Below are positions 1 to 12,652 of a DNA stretch of 64,000 nt, piece by piece. The notes beneath the pieces were generated by a model. That model did not search any database, was not told the origin of the DNA, and was given only the letters and a program-made list of their open reading frames with translations. Within the stretch, counting starts at the first letter, position 1, and every line of letters starts with the position of its first letter. The position numbers were made by a program, and so were the translations under genes. Origin of the DNA: Chiloscyllium plagiosum (taxonomy: Eukaryota); NCBI RefSeq assembly GCF_004010195.1, contig NC_057718.1, positions 66,225,351 to 66,289,350 on the forward strand, given 5' to 3'.

Positions 1-744
1 AAGCCCCTCAGAATCTTGTAAGTTTCAATAAGATCACTCTTTAATTTTTTTCTGAGCTCTAATAATAAAGGCTTGCCTTTTCTTGATAAGTCATCCTCTT
101 CATACCAAGAATAACCTAGTGGATTTTTTGATCTACCTCCAATGACATAATTAAATATGAAATGAAAACTGTACACAGTACTCCAGGTGCGTCCTCACCA
201 ACACCTGTACAGATGGAATGTGACTTATTTTTAAACTCCAATCCCTTAGCAAGAAAGACCAAACTTCCATTTGCCTTTATTAGTTGTGGTTCCTGCAAGC
301 TAACTTTTTTGTATTTCATGCACAAAATCACCCAAAGCTCTTTGTTTGAACTGTTTTGTAATTTAATGTGAGCAGATCTGAATTTTCCACTATAATTGAT
401 CTAATCAGATTTAGTTTGAATGTTGATTTAGGTAAAGCGGAATGACATAGATTTGCAGTAAACCTGTTTTGTTGATGTTTTCTTTGTGTGAGGGATAATA
501 TTGGGACTTTGAACACGATTGCAGTAGGTTGACCCACATCCTGTACTTTCTCTGTGTCCATGTTTCTCAGCAGAGACCGATCAGGTGGCAGTCTACACCA
601 TCTTCAGTGTCTCATTGGAGACACAGGTTTATCTTGTGTGTTTAGCCACCACACACTTTTTTTAACCTTCAATCCAGAAACGTCAGGCCGCTTATATTTC
701 CACCAGCCCCACCTCATGTATGTCCTAGCACTTTTTTGCGGAGC

Positions 745-1366
745 GAGTCATAGAGATGTACAACACAGAAATAGACCCTTTGGTCCAACCTGTTCGTGCT
801 GACCAGATATCTTAAATTTAATCTAGTCCCAATTGTCAGCACTTGGCCCCTATCCCTTTAAACCCTTCCTATTCATATACCCAGCCAGATGTTTTCTAAA
901 CATTGCAATTGTACCAGCCTCCCCCACGTCCTCTGGCAGCTCATTCCATACATGTATCACCCTCTGAGTGAAAATATTGCCCCTTAGATCCCTTTTAAAT
1001 CTTTCCCCTCTCATCTTAAACCTATGCCCTCTAGTTTTGGACTCCCTTGCCCTGAGAGAAATGTCCTTGTCTATTTATCCATGTTCCTCATTATTTTATA
1101 AGGTCACCCCTCAGCATCCAACTCTCCAGGGCAAATAGCTCCAACCTATTCAGCTTCTCCCTAAAGCTCAAACCTTCCAACCCTGGCAACATCCTTGTAA
1201 ATCTTTTCTGAACCCTTTCAAGTTTCACAACAACTTTCCTACAGCAGGGAGATCAGAATTAAATGAAGTATTCCAAACGTGTACAGCCACAACATGACCC
1301 CCCAACTCCTATACTCAATAATACACTGACCAATAAAGCAAAGTGTACTAAACACTGCCTTTTCTA
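745..1366 (-). mobile_element. CR1-clade LINE 3' fragment
   Basis: Reverse complement of the CR1 3' end seen many times in the window (tail ...gtacatctctatgactc). Encodes a degenerate RT C-terminus (WNELPE.., ERVQKRFTRMLP). Confidence 0.9.
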
Positions 1367-2603
1367 TGTTATGGACCAGGCCAGACCCCTCAAAACATTT
1401 CAAGAAGGTAGCCTAGACCCTAACTTTGTTATTTGATTTTTAACAAGTGTACAGTGGATATCCTAGGAGAGAATCAGCTGGTCAGACTACTTAGTTTTAA
1501 ATAAAACAATTTATTTACAAGCTTACTGAATGAATTTTCATGCAGAGGCTAATACATGTATGGAATGAGCTGCCAGAGGAAGTGAAGGAGGCTGGTACAA
1601 TTGCAATGTTTAGAAAGCATCTGGCTGGGTATATGAATAGGAAGAGTTTAGAGGGATAGGGGCCAAGTGCTGACAAATGGGACGCGATTAATTTAAGATA
1701 TCTGGTCAGCATGGACAATTTGGACCAAAGGGTCTATTTCTGTGTTGTACATCTCTATGACTCACTCCGCAAAAAATGCTAGGACATACATTCAGTTTGA
1801 GATTTTCCACATGACGTGGGGAAATATAAGCAGCCTGACGTTTCTGGATTGAAGGTTAAAAAAAGTGTGTGGTGGCTAAACACACAAGATAAATCCTGTG
1901 TCTCCAATGAGACACTGAAGATGGTGTAGATTGCCACCTGATCGGTCTCTGCTGAGAAACATGGACACAGAGAAAGTACAGGAAGTGGGTCAACCTACTG
2001 CAGTCGTGTTCAAAGTCCCGAACTGCTTTTCACAAGAATATCAACAGCAAAGAACAGAAAACAGAATATCAAATAACATTCCTACCTGAAAACCCAACAG
2101 ACTATCCCAACTTAATGATCCTGTTCTAAAATACTTTCTAAAATTCTAAAATAACAGTCCCCATAAACACTCCTGGGCACAAAAGGACAAATGAAACATA
2201 AGTTCTTACAGGAATGAAATCAGAGAGAGGGTCCAGCAGCCTTTGTGCGCACACACACACACACCAAAGAATAGCTGATCTGTGACAAGTGGGCAATCTC
2301 ATTTCATTATACAAGTGTTTTGTTTTCAACTTGGAGGTCTTCTGACTGAAGCATTATCTGTTCGCTGTAAACAAATTAGCCCTAAACTCTATGCATAACG
2401 CAGACTTCTTGGAACCTGTGTCATTTACAACCTCTCTGAGAAAAACCAAAGTTAACCTACCCATGTTTGTCAGACCCACCCTGTCTACCTCCATTTTCAA
2501 GGAAACTGTGAACCTACACTCCAAGGTCTCTTTGTTTGGCAAAACTCCCCAGGAACTTATCATTCATTGTAAAAGTCCTGCCAATATTTGCCTTTCCATA
2601 ACA
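1367..2603. mobile_element. Solo-LTR-like element, itself interrupted at 1534-2019
   Basis: Starts TGTTATGGA and ends TCCATAACA (9-bp inverted termini, TG...CA). Sits between two CR1 segments. No ORF and no target-site duplication visible. Confidence 0.6.
1534..2019 (+). repeat. Inverted duplicate of 503-975 (CR1 3' end plus flanking sequence)
   Basis: Direct reverse-complement match along ~470 bp, with scattered substitutions and one short non-matching patch. Confidence 0.95.
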
Positions 2604-2900
2604 CAGCACCTTGCATTTATCTACATAAAACTCCACCTGTCAGTCCTTGGTCCAACGATCCATCTGATCAATGTCCTGCTATACTGAGGAAACTTTCTTC
2701 ACTGTTCACGACACCACTTCCTGTATTCAGATCCAGATTCATTACATAAATGACAAAAAGCAATGGATCCAGCACAGATCCTTGCTGCACACTGCTGGTT
2801 AGAGGCCTCCAGTATGAAAAGCAATCCTCCAATGTCAGCCTCTGTCTCGTACCTTCTAGCCAATTTTGTATCCAAAAGGCTAGTATTCCATGGGGTTGAA
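2604..2900 (-). mobile_element. CR1 RT fragment, decayed
   Basis: cagcaccttgcatttatc...aaactccacctg matches the antisense of the CR1 'MEFNSDKCEVLHFG' region. Confidence 0.7.
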
Positions 2901-3627
2901 GATCGAATTCATTACTGCCAGTTCACTCTCTTTATTATGCTCCTTCAGCTCTCCTCTCTGGAGAAGTATTTTTCTTCAGCTGGATTCCTTCCATCCAGCT
3001 GTTGGGCTCATACACTTGTGTAAATAAGTTGACATTAATGGACTTGATGTCTCAGCCAATGTGATTTTAACCAATCTAAAGCATGTGGCAATGCATCCAT
3101 CATGCAATTACTATTTATGTACATCCTTTGTTTATGGAGTGGTTACTGTTGGGACCATGTAAGCTACAATAGTTCTGACTTTGCTTAGAATTAAAGTAAT
3201 TATTAATCTGAAATGAATCAGCAGAATTTTTTGCTTTCTGTATTCCTGATTTGAACAACCTTCAAAAACATCTAGCTATTAACAGCAATACCATTTTTGC
3301 TTAATGGATTTCACCCTTAAATATTAAACACATTTTACTTACTTGCAGTTTAGGGCAACCTGACAATAGCTTGTGTCGGATTTATTTATAGTTTCTCTTC
3401 CCATGCTCGTGCTACATTGAGTTGGCATAAAACAGTTGGGCAGGAATGTGCAACCACAATTCCTATGTTCTAAACACACTTTTAGCTTCAGTAAAATAGC
3501 AAACCATAATTCAGTTTTTGAACAAGAGATGATTATTGGTTAATTCCACCCTAGGAAGTGCTGCAAGATGAAAAACATATTTTTAAAACAGAAATATCAT
3601 ACTGAATAATGTTTAACCTCAAACGTC

Positions 3628-4345
3628 GGAATGGCATGGTGGCTCAGTAGTTAGCACTGCTGCCTCATAGCGCCAGGAACCAGGGTTCGATTCCAACCTC
3701 TGCCATCTTTGCACATTCTCCCTGTGTCTGTGTGAGTTTCCTTCAGGTGCTACAGTTTCCTCCCACAATCCAAAGATGTGCAGGTCAGGTAAATTGGCTA
3801 TGCTAAATTGTCACACAACACCAGGTTATAGTCCAACAGGTTTAATTGGAAGCACACTAGCTTTCGGAGCGTCATCAGGTGGTAGTGGAGGGCTCAATCC
3901 TAACACACAGAATTTATAGCAAAACTTCAGTGTGATGGAACTGAAATTATACATTGAAAAATTGATTGTCTGTTAAGCCTTTCATCTGTTAGAATACTGT
4001 GATAGTATCACTTCTTTCATGTGTAAATCACAAAACCTTTTTTTAAAAAAGTTGCATTCTCGGGTTAGCTGTTAACAATGGTGATAGCAAGACAATATGT
4101 TGAAGGTGTTGGCCCCATATGTTCTCTGTCTATGCCATGATGTTTAGATTGATTCTAATCTTAAAAAGTGAGATAACGGAGTTTTACATGAATTCATGCA
4201 GTTTTTGAGCTCAGAGTTATGTAAGTTAGGCACATTAGTTAGCAGTAAATATCGGGTAGGGGAATGGGTCTGGTTGGGTTACTCTTCAGATGGTCAGTGT
4301 GGACTTGTTGGGCTGAAGGATCTGGTTCCACACTGTAGGGATTCG
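3628..4345 (+). mobile_element. HE1-type tRNA-derived SINE split by a Penelope fragment
   Basis: A box (tggctcagtagttag) and B box (ggttcgattcc). Body matches 5630-5938 and resumes after ~4210. Confidence 0.85.
3811..4210 (-). mobile_element. Penelope-like terminal-repeat fragment (family C)
   Basis: Reverse complement of ~34510-34890. Contains a hammerhead-like motif with a deletion. Confidence 0.8.
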
Positions 4346-5629
4346 ATGAAACTGCAAGAATTGACTTTGCAAGGGATCAATAGCGAAAGCTGAGAGTTAT
4401 TGACACAAAATAATAAGCCAATGTGTAATCATTTGTGACAACTATTGAAAGCTAACAAAATGGTCAGACATTGATATGTATCTTAACCATTGATTTAAAT
4501 GAGTTAAAGCATTTAATTGAAATCAATTTGAAGTTTGACCATGTTAAAGCGATGGTGATTTCTTCCCTGTTTTTGAGCCTATTGTCTTGTTATATTTTGG
4601 ATCATTATTATTATTAATGTTGGACTGATGGAATGCAACTCTTTATAGATACACTTTGTACTATTTCAACTATTATGACAAGATAGTTCATCTTCCTTCT
4701 TTCATGTGCAATGGCTTTGGTTCTGGATTATTGACTTTGAGTTCAGAATATACCATGGCAAATTGTGAAAATGAATATAGTGAATGGGATAATTTTAGTG
4801 TGGGCACCAGGAAAAAAATCAATTATTAAATCATTTGCACAATTATTCTGCCATATGGAAAAAAAATGATGAACTATCTTGTCGTAATATTTGAAATTAT
4901 TATAAAATTCCAGCTGATTGATTGATTAATTCAGGGAAGGACTCAGTTATCCTTATCTAGTATGGTCTCATTATGACTTTAGCCTTGCATTATGTGACTG
5001 ACTCAGTGCAAATTTGAAAGGGGAATGGCCAATTCCTGTAATGTGCCACACTTAGAAAGAACTTGCTTTTAGATAATTCATTTAATGACCTTTGTATCAA
5101 GGTGCACCTCAAGCATTTAATTGAGTGATTTCTGTCGTAAGGAAATGTGGCAGACCATTAGTAACAGGGCCCACAAACAACAGCTGTAACTGGCTTTCGA
5201 TGATCTTGATTCGAGGGATAAATATTGTTTAGGATGTAGAGTGATCGCTCTCTTTGTCAAATAATGCTATGGACTCTTTCTCAGTAACCCGAGAAGGTAG
5301 ACACCGTCTTAGTTTAGTATTTCTTCTGATATGTAGAACCTCAAATTTACAGCACTCATTGTGCTAACATTGTGAAGATCAGTAATTTTAAAAAGAAATT
5401 CCAAATTCCCAGTTTTAATTGAAATAATTATCCAATGAAATTTCAGATTTTGAATGAAAGCGTTCACTGAACAAGTGTTTAAACAAAGCAAATAAACATC
5501 TAAACATTTGTACATTAAGGCTGAACATTTCAACAGAATGTATTCCATTCCACTTCTACTCAAGCGTTCCTTATACTTTATGGGATCTTGATGGTTTGTT
5601 CACTTCCGGTGAACAAACCATTCCGGTTT

Positions 5630-5938
5630 GGGCGGCACGGTGGCACAGTGGTTAGCACTGTTGCCTCACAGCGCCAGAGACCCGGGTTCACTTCCCGCCT
5701 CAGGCGACTGACTGTGTGGAGTTTGCACGTTCTCCCCGTGTCTGCGTGGGTTTCCTCCGGGTGCTCCGGTTTCCTCCCACAGTCCAAAGATGTGCAGGGT
5801 CAGGTGAATTGGCCGTACTAAATTGCCCGTAGTGTTAGGTAAGGGGTAAATGTAGGGGTATGGGTGGGTTCGCTTCGGCGGGTCGGTGTGGACTTGTTGG
5901 GCCGAAGGGCCTGTTTCCACACTGTAATGTAATCTAAT
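5630..5938 (+). mobile_element. HE1-type SINE, young and near full length
   Basis: gggcggcacggtggcacagtggttagcac A box, B-box-like gggttcacttcc, CpGs retained. 3' tail (ggccgaagggcctgtttcc) resembles the CR1 tails. Confidence 0.92.
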
Positions 5939-6084
5939 TCTCACCAACTCGACAAACATCCACTCCAGATGCCATCACCGTTCAGTTGCATTAGTGTGTA
6001 GCATCTACAAGATGCATTGCTGAAATTCACCAACGATCCTCAGATGTTCCATTTTCACTGCCAGACTACACCGACCCCTTGGCA

Positions 6085-6662
6085 TCATGGTAGCCCACAA
6101 ATCCACCAACACACTAAAACAGCAGCTAATGAACTTGAAAGACCTTATACAGACAACAAACAAACTACTGTAATTTACAAATTACCGTGCAAGAATTGTA
6201 ACAAACAGTACATTGGACAAACCGGCAGAAAACTAGGCATCAGGATACATGAACATCAACTGACCACGAAACTGCATGATCCTCTCTCATTAGTATCCTT
6301 ACATACAGATGAGGAAGGACAACACATCCATCCTAGGACAAGCCAAACTGAGACATGCAAGAGAATTCCTAGAAGCATGGCATTCCAATCAGAATTCTAT
6401 CAACAAACACATTGACTTGGACCCAATTTATCACCCCCTGAGAAAAAGAACAAGTAATGACATCACCATAGGAAAGGACATCACCAACTCAAAGAAACCC
6501 AACCATATAAACAGAAAGCAGGAAATATCAGTGGTGCTTCGTCCGGAGGCTCATTGAAGATGTAACCTAGTATGATGACGAAACATCTGAAAATGAACCT
6601 TCCAGCCCAGCGAGCCAATCTACATCCAGAACCTCAACCTGAACTACAAATCTTCTCAAAGC
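6085..6662 (+). mobile_element. Penelope-like element 3' part (GIY-YIG endonuclease remnant, family A)
   Basis: VIYKLPCKNCNKQYIGQTGRKLGIRIHEH and 'AREFLEAWHS', frameshifted, followed by the terminal repeat. Confidence 0.9.
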
Positions 6663-6859
6663 TTCCTGATATTGCAGCTCCTTTACTACCATTGAGTCAA
6701 AATCCTGGAATTCTCTCCCTAACAGCATTGTAATGTAGATTTCTGCAGTTCAAGAAGGCAGTTCAAAACCACCCTTCGCAAGGGGGTGACCTGCGACAGG
6801 CAATAAATACCAGACCAGCTAGCAATGCTCACATCCTATGAGTGAATCTAAAAACAAAA

Positions 6860-7045
6860 ATCTAACCAAAAGCAGAGTGCTGGAGAACACTGCAAGTCTG
6901 GCAGCACTTGTAGACAGAGAAACAGAGAATGTTTTTCATCCAATGAAGAGTTCTGTAGAGGTCAGTGGGCTCAATATTAACTCAGCAGCTCTGGCAACAT
7001 CTGTGGAGAGAGAAACAGTTTCTCCAGCAATTTGCTTTTGTCTTC
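6860..7045. mobile_element. Old Penelope-derived fold-back fragment with an internal micro-inversion
   Basis: tgctggagaa...ttctccagca termini. Similar to 35885-35965. Confidence 0.6.
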
Positions 7046-7399
7046 GACCTCCCTATGAGCTACTTCTGACTGCCCCAGGAATCTCTAATCCTCTACTATA
7101 CTATCTCTGTAATTATGTATTTCCATGCAGTGGATGTAATCTGGAAGTTAGTGTTTTTTTTTTAAGTAGGCTGTCAAAGAATTTAAAAAGTTGCACCCAA
7201 AATCTGCCTCAGGACTTGATCACATTTGTTGCTGTTGTACTGTCTGTGTGGAGACTGAGAATCTTTCAAGAAGATATTTGAATTTCTAATAACCAACTTA
7301 AAGGCATTACATAATGAAATTTAATTTTGATTATGTAACAAACTTTAAAAAGCAATAAGGACAAAACATTACTTAGACAACTGCTTTTATCAAATGAGA

Positions 7400-7745
7400 A
7401 TGGCAGCACAGTGGTTATATCCCTAGTATTCAGCCTAATGGTCTGGAAATGTGAATTAAATGTCTGTAATATTACCATATCTGCATTGAAAGTATCTCAG
7501 TCAATAATAGCCATGGCAACTCATTTGCTTTTTTAAAAAAAAGCACGTGGTTTCCTAATCCCCTTTAGAGAAGGTCGCATGTCATCTTTCCATGATCTAG
7601 TCTACATGTGACTCCAGATTCACAGCAATCTGATGACTCATGTGCCATGTATAATGGGCTAGCAGGACACAGCTCAAAGGCAGCTGGGCATAGGCAACAA
7701 TGCTGGCCTGGTCAGCAACATTTGCCTTCCATGAAACAAAGAAAA
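7400..7745 (+). mobile_element. Old Deu-domain/SacSINE-like SINE
   Basis: Similar to 38255-38690 and 40110-40430 (ctacatgtgactccaga...; aaatgctggcc tail). Confidence 0.55.
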
Positions 7746-8065
7746 AAGCTAATCATCTCGACTAAAGAAACAATAATCCCACTGTGCATATTTACCTTCC
7801 AGTATGTTATGGTTGTTTAAAATACACCAACAATAGTCACTGCTTGGGTTCACATCTCCCTATTTGACTGTGTTGTAACATTTGAGTGATAGGTGCTTCC
7901 CTCATATTTGAAGAATTCCCTTTCTTCCTCCAAAGGAGGAAGTCTCATTCCAGTGATTCCTCCTTCTGGCATTGCCAGGGCAAATCTGGAATCTTTGTGG
8001 AGTACCTTGGGATGTAGTGACTGTCAAATGGTCATCTATTTCCTCTGTGCCAGAAAAAATTTAAG

Positions 8066-9830
8066 CTATAGGAAAAGGTGGCATGAGATAGCTTTGACAA
8101 ATAGGGTTAAGGAGAATCCAAAGGGATTTTACAAATACATTAAGGACAAAAGGGTAACTAGGGAGGGAATAAGGCCTTGTGTGTGGAGCCACAGGAGATG
8201 GGGGAAGATACTAAACAAATATTTTGCATCCTTGTTTACTGTGGAGAAGGGCATGGAAGATATAGAATGTGGGGAATAGATGGTGACATCTTGAAAAATG
8301 TCCATATTAGTGGAGGTGGTGCTGGATGTCTTAAAACACACAAAGGTGGATAAATTCCCAGGATCTGATCAGGTATATCCCAGAACTCTGAGAAGCCAGC
8401 GAAGTGACTGCTGGGCCCCTTGCTGAGATATTTATATCATCAGTAGTCACAGGTGAGGTGCTGGAAGACTGCAGGTTGTCTAATGTGGAGCCACTATTTA
8501 AGAAGGGTGGTAAGGACAAGCCAGGGAACTATCGACCAATGAGCCTGATGTCTGTGGTGGAGAGGGAATCCTGTGCATGTATTTGGAAAGGCAAGGACTG
8601 ACTAGGGATAGTCAACATGGATTTGTGTGTGGGAAATCAAGTAACAAAGTGGATTGATGAGGTCTGAGCAGTGGAAGTGATCTATATGGACTTGAATAAG
8701 GTGTTCGACAAGGTTCTCCATGGAAGACTGGCTAGCAAGGTTAGCTCTCACGGAATACAGAGACAACTAGCCATTTGGATACAGGAGCTGGCCTGAAGGT
8801 AGAAGACAGAGGATGGAGGGTTGGTTTTCTGACTGGAGGCCCGTAACCCGTGGTGTGCCACAAGGGTCAATGCTGGGTCCACTACTTTTCATCATTTATG
8901 TAAATGATTTGGGTGTGAGCATAAGAGGTATTGTTAGTAAGCTTGCAGATGACACCAGAATTGGATATGCAGTGGACAGTGAAGGAGGTTACCTCAGATT
9001 ACAGCAGGATCTTGATCAGATGAGCCAATGGACTGAGGAGTAGCAGATGGAGTTTAATTTAGATGAATGAGAGGTGCTGCATTTTGGGAAAGCAATCTGA
9101 GCAGGACTTACACTTAATGATAAAATCCTGGGGAGTGTTGCTGAACAAAGAGACCTTGGAGTGCAGGTTCATAGTTCCTTGAAAGTGGAGTCGCAGGTAA
9201 ATAAGATCGTGAAGGCAGCGTTTGGTATGCTTTCCTTTAATTGGTCAGAGCATTGGGTAAATGAGTTGGGAGGTCATGATGCCGCTCTACAGGGTCAGGC
9301 CACTTTTGGAATATTGCGTACAGTTCTGGTCTCATTAGTATCAGAAAGATGTTGTGAAATTTGAAAGGGTTCAGAAAAGACTTACAAGGACGTTGCCATG
9401 GTTGGAGGATTTGACCTCGAGGGAGAGACTGAATAGTCTGAAGCTGTTTTACTGGGAGCATTGAAGGCTGAGGGGTGACCTTATAGAGGTTTATAAAATC
9501 ACAGGCATTGATAGAATAAATAAAAAGGTCTTTTCCTTGGGGTGGGAGGGTGTAGAACTAGACGGCGTAGGTTTAGGGTGAGAGGGAAAAGATAAAAAGG
9601 AGCTAAGGGGCAACGTTTTCACACAGGGTGGTATGGAATGAGCTGTCAGAGGAAGTGGTGGAGGCTGGTATAATTGCAGCATTTAAAAGGCATCTGGATG
9701 GGTATATGAAGGGTTAAGGGGAATATGGTCCAAATGCTGGCAAATGGGACTAGATTAGGTTAGGGTATCTGGTCAGCATGGACGAGTTGGACTGAAGGGT
9801 CTGTTTCCGTGCTGTGCATCTCTATGACTC
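8066..9830 (+). mobile_element. CR1 LINE, 5'-truncated RT region, disrupted
   Basis: GNYRPMSL, GVPQGSMLGPLLF, KLADD motifs with stops and frameshifts; ctatgactc tail. Confidence 0.95.
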
Positions 9831-10099
9831 ATCTCCTGACATGACATATCTCTATGGTCATCTCCTGAGATAAGCTATCAACATAGTTTACAACCTTGCA
9901 GATTCATCAGTGTTGCTAGCTGCTAGTGAAGCATCAAAACAATAGTTTATAGTCCTTCAGCTGACGTTTGCTTTATATGTGGTTTTCTTGGCGAAGTGGT
10001 GTTCTGGAGTATCCATGTGGTGAATGATATGTATTTGATGGTACTGGGTGACATACAAAGATTTGCCTAATTTAGTTATCATGTGAACTGATCTGGAAG

Positions 10100-10448
10100 G
10101 GTAGCGCGGTGGCTCTGTAGTTAGCACTGCCTCACAGTGTCAGGGACCCAGGTTCGATTCCAGCCTTGGGTAACTGTCTGTGGAGTTTGCATGTACTCCC
10201 CATGTCTGCGTGAGTTTCTGATTGGTGCTCTGATTTCTTCCCATAGTTCAAAGGTGTGTCAGTTGGGTGGATTGGCCATACTAATTACCTATAAGGTTCA
10301 GGAATGTCTAGGTTAATTGGGTTAGCCATGAGAAATGCAGAATCACAGGGATGGAGTAGGGGTATGGGTCTAGGTTGGATGCTATTTGGAGAGTTGATGT
10401 GGATAGTTGGATTGAATGGTCTGTTTCCGCACTGTGGGGATTCTATTC
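10100..10448 (+). mobile_element. HE1-type SINE, diverged
   Basis: A/B boxes and body similar to 5630-5938. Confidence 0.85.
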
Positions 10449-11539
10449 AAAAAATACTGAAGACTTGAGTCAAAAATATGTTCACACTTGACTACATTTT
10501 AAAACCTGCCAAAATAAACTTATCAGATCACAAAGTAAATTTTTGGTTAACCCAATGTCCAAACTGAAGACAAAAGTACAATGGCTTTTCTCTCTTACCT
10601 TTGATGTCACTTGTAGTTCTATTGCCAGTTATGTCACTGCCAGCTCTCCATTGTGGGTCCAGTTCCCATATTGGCTGAAGTCACCATAAAAGCCCACCCT
10701 CTCAATGTCTCTTCTCACTTGAGGTTCAGTGACCCTCTGATTCACTTTGCCATTAGCCATCAAATGTGAGAGCTGTCTTTTGGGCCGAGGGCAGTTTCAC
10801 TTTCCTGCAGTTAAGGACTAATCTCTATCTAGGGCTGTCTCTTCTGCTCTCTGCTGCCACAGTTCTCCTCCAGCTGCAGCTCAGATCCCTGCTTTCTATT
10901 GCTCCAAGACCACGCTAGATTTTTGTCAGATCTCTGGAGTAGGGCATGACCCCATGCTCTTGTAATCTGAAGTGATAATGTTATCAGTGAATGAAGATTG
11001 GCACCTGTTAATTAAATTCATTAATTTAAAATATTCAAATGACATATCTCAGAGACTTGTATTGTTGTTAGAATTTCCACTTTTTGGCTTAAATTAATGA
11101 TTTATTGGAAAGAACAAGTTGATGGCCCTCAGTGTTTTAGTACTGTCTGTAAGACTGCTAGGTGCGGAGTTATTTGCAACATTCAAAGGGAAGTTGGATA
11201 AATATTAAGGGGAGAAAGTTAGAGCCAAGGGAAAACAGTGGGGAGAATAGAATCAATTGGGTAGTTCTTTCAAAGAGTTGGCATTGTCACAATGGGCAGA
11301 ATGGCCTACTATGTGCTGCAAAATTGTATAGTTGCATTATTTATTGGTTCCAACTGCCTAAGTTTACAAACTGACGTACAATAAAACAAGTGGCTCCTGG
11401 TCTATACTCTTACACAAGCATTGAGTCATTGGATGAAAACTCATCACTTCGAATTATTGACATTTTCATGAATGATTTATCAACTACTAGGCTTGTCAGA
11501 TCCTTGTATTTGGAGGATATTTAATTTCTTGATGTTTTT

Positions 11540-11835
11540 TTTTAGATTAGATTACTTACAGTGTGGAAACAGGCCCTTCGGCCCAACAAGTCCACACCGA
11601 CCTGCCGAAGTGCAACCAGACCCATTCCCCTGCATTTACCCGTTCACCTAACACTACGGGCAATTTAGCATGGCCAGTTCACCTAACCTGCACATTTTTG
11701 GACTGTGGGAGGAAACCGGAGCACCCGGAGGAAACCCACGCAGACACTGGGAGAATGTGCAAACTCCACACAGAGTTGCCTGAGGCGGGAATTGAACCTG
11801 GGTCTCTGGCGCTGTGAGGCAGCAGTGCTAACCAC
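11540..11835 (-). mobile_element. HE1-type SINE, young
   Basis: Near reverse complement of 5645-5938. Confidence 0.92.
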
Positions 11836-12652
11836 TTCTTATGTCATTTAACCATTATTGAAATTTCTTCTTTAAAGATGCAGTATCTTCTATAGTTAGT
11901 CAAATTGAGAAATGCGTAAAAGCTTCAAAAATAGGTTCAATAAAATTTCTGATTCTTTCTTATCATATTCAGACTTAAAGGCAGTGTTGATTAAATATAA
12001 AATGCAGCCCTTTTTGTTAAATATGCTAAATTGACTTGAGTTATGGCAAGATGTATTTATGTTGAGTGCAAAAATGCTATAAATTGTTTCTGAGGTCACT
12101 GCAATTCAAAAATGATCAGCTGTTGAGATGCCTGTTGCACAGTAAGAAGCTGTGGTGCTTTAGAGAAAAGAAAAGGCATGTGTTGAACTGAAATACTTTT
12201 TTTTACAGTGGCATTAAGAATATGGAAAACAATTATAATTTTGTAGTGTATTTTGCAATATCTGGAAAGGAAAACTGGACCATTTTATTTCATGATAGTC
12301 ACTCCGTCATCTATGGTTATGGGTGGCTACTGTACAAACTAACTCCGAATAATGTATTTCAACAAAGTTTATCTTTTTCCATGCCATTCTCTTACATAGT
12401 ATTCTGCTCTCTTCCATGCTGACAGTTATGCGCTGTGGTTCCACAGCTATGACACCAACAGTCCCTTGGTAATTTAGTAAAGCCTCTTTGTTAAGTGTGT
12501 GTATCATGCCTAATTGTTTACAAATGCTTTAATATTATAGCTGAGCTAGACCAGATCCATATTTAGCAATTTAAGTAAACTTTCCAGCACAGGTCACTTG
12601 ATATTTCAGAAACAAATTCAGATTCTAGAGAACTGTCCAGGAGGTAGGAACA

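Noticed and set aside
5630..5705. tRNA gene
   Set aside because: The A/B boxes belong to a SINE head that runs into the SINE body; the same holds for the other copies.
12425..12468. Possible small + strand exon (gacag|ttatgc...ccttg|gtaatt)
   Set aside because: Moderate splice signals only and no recognisable peptide; indistinguishable from chance.
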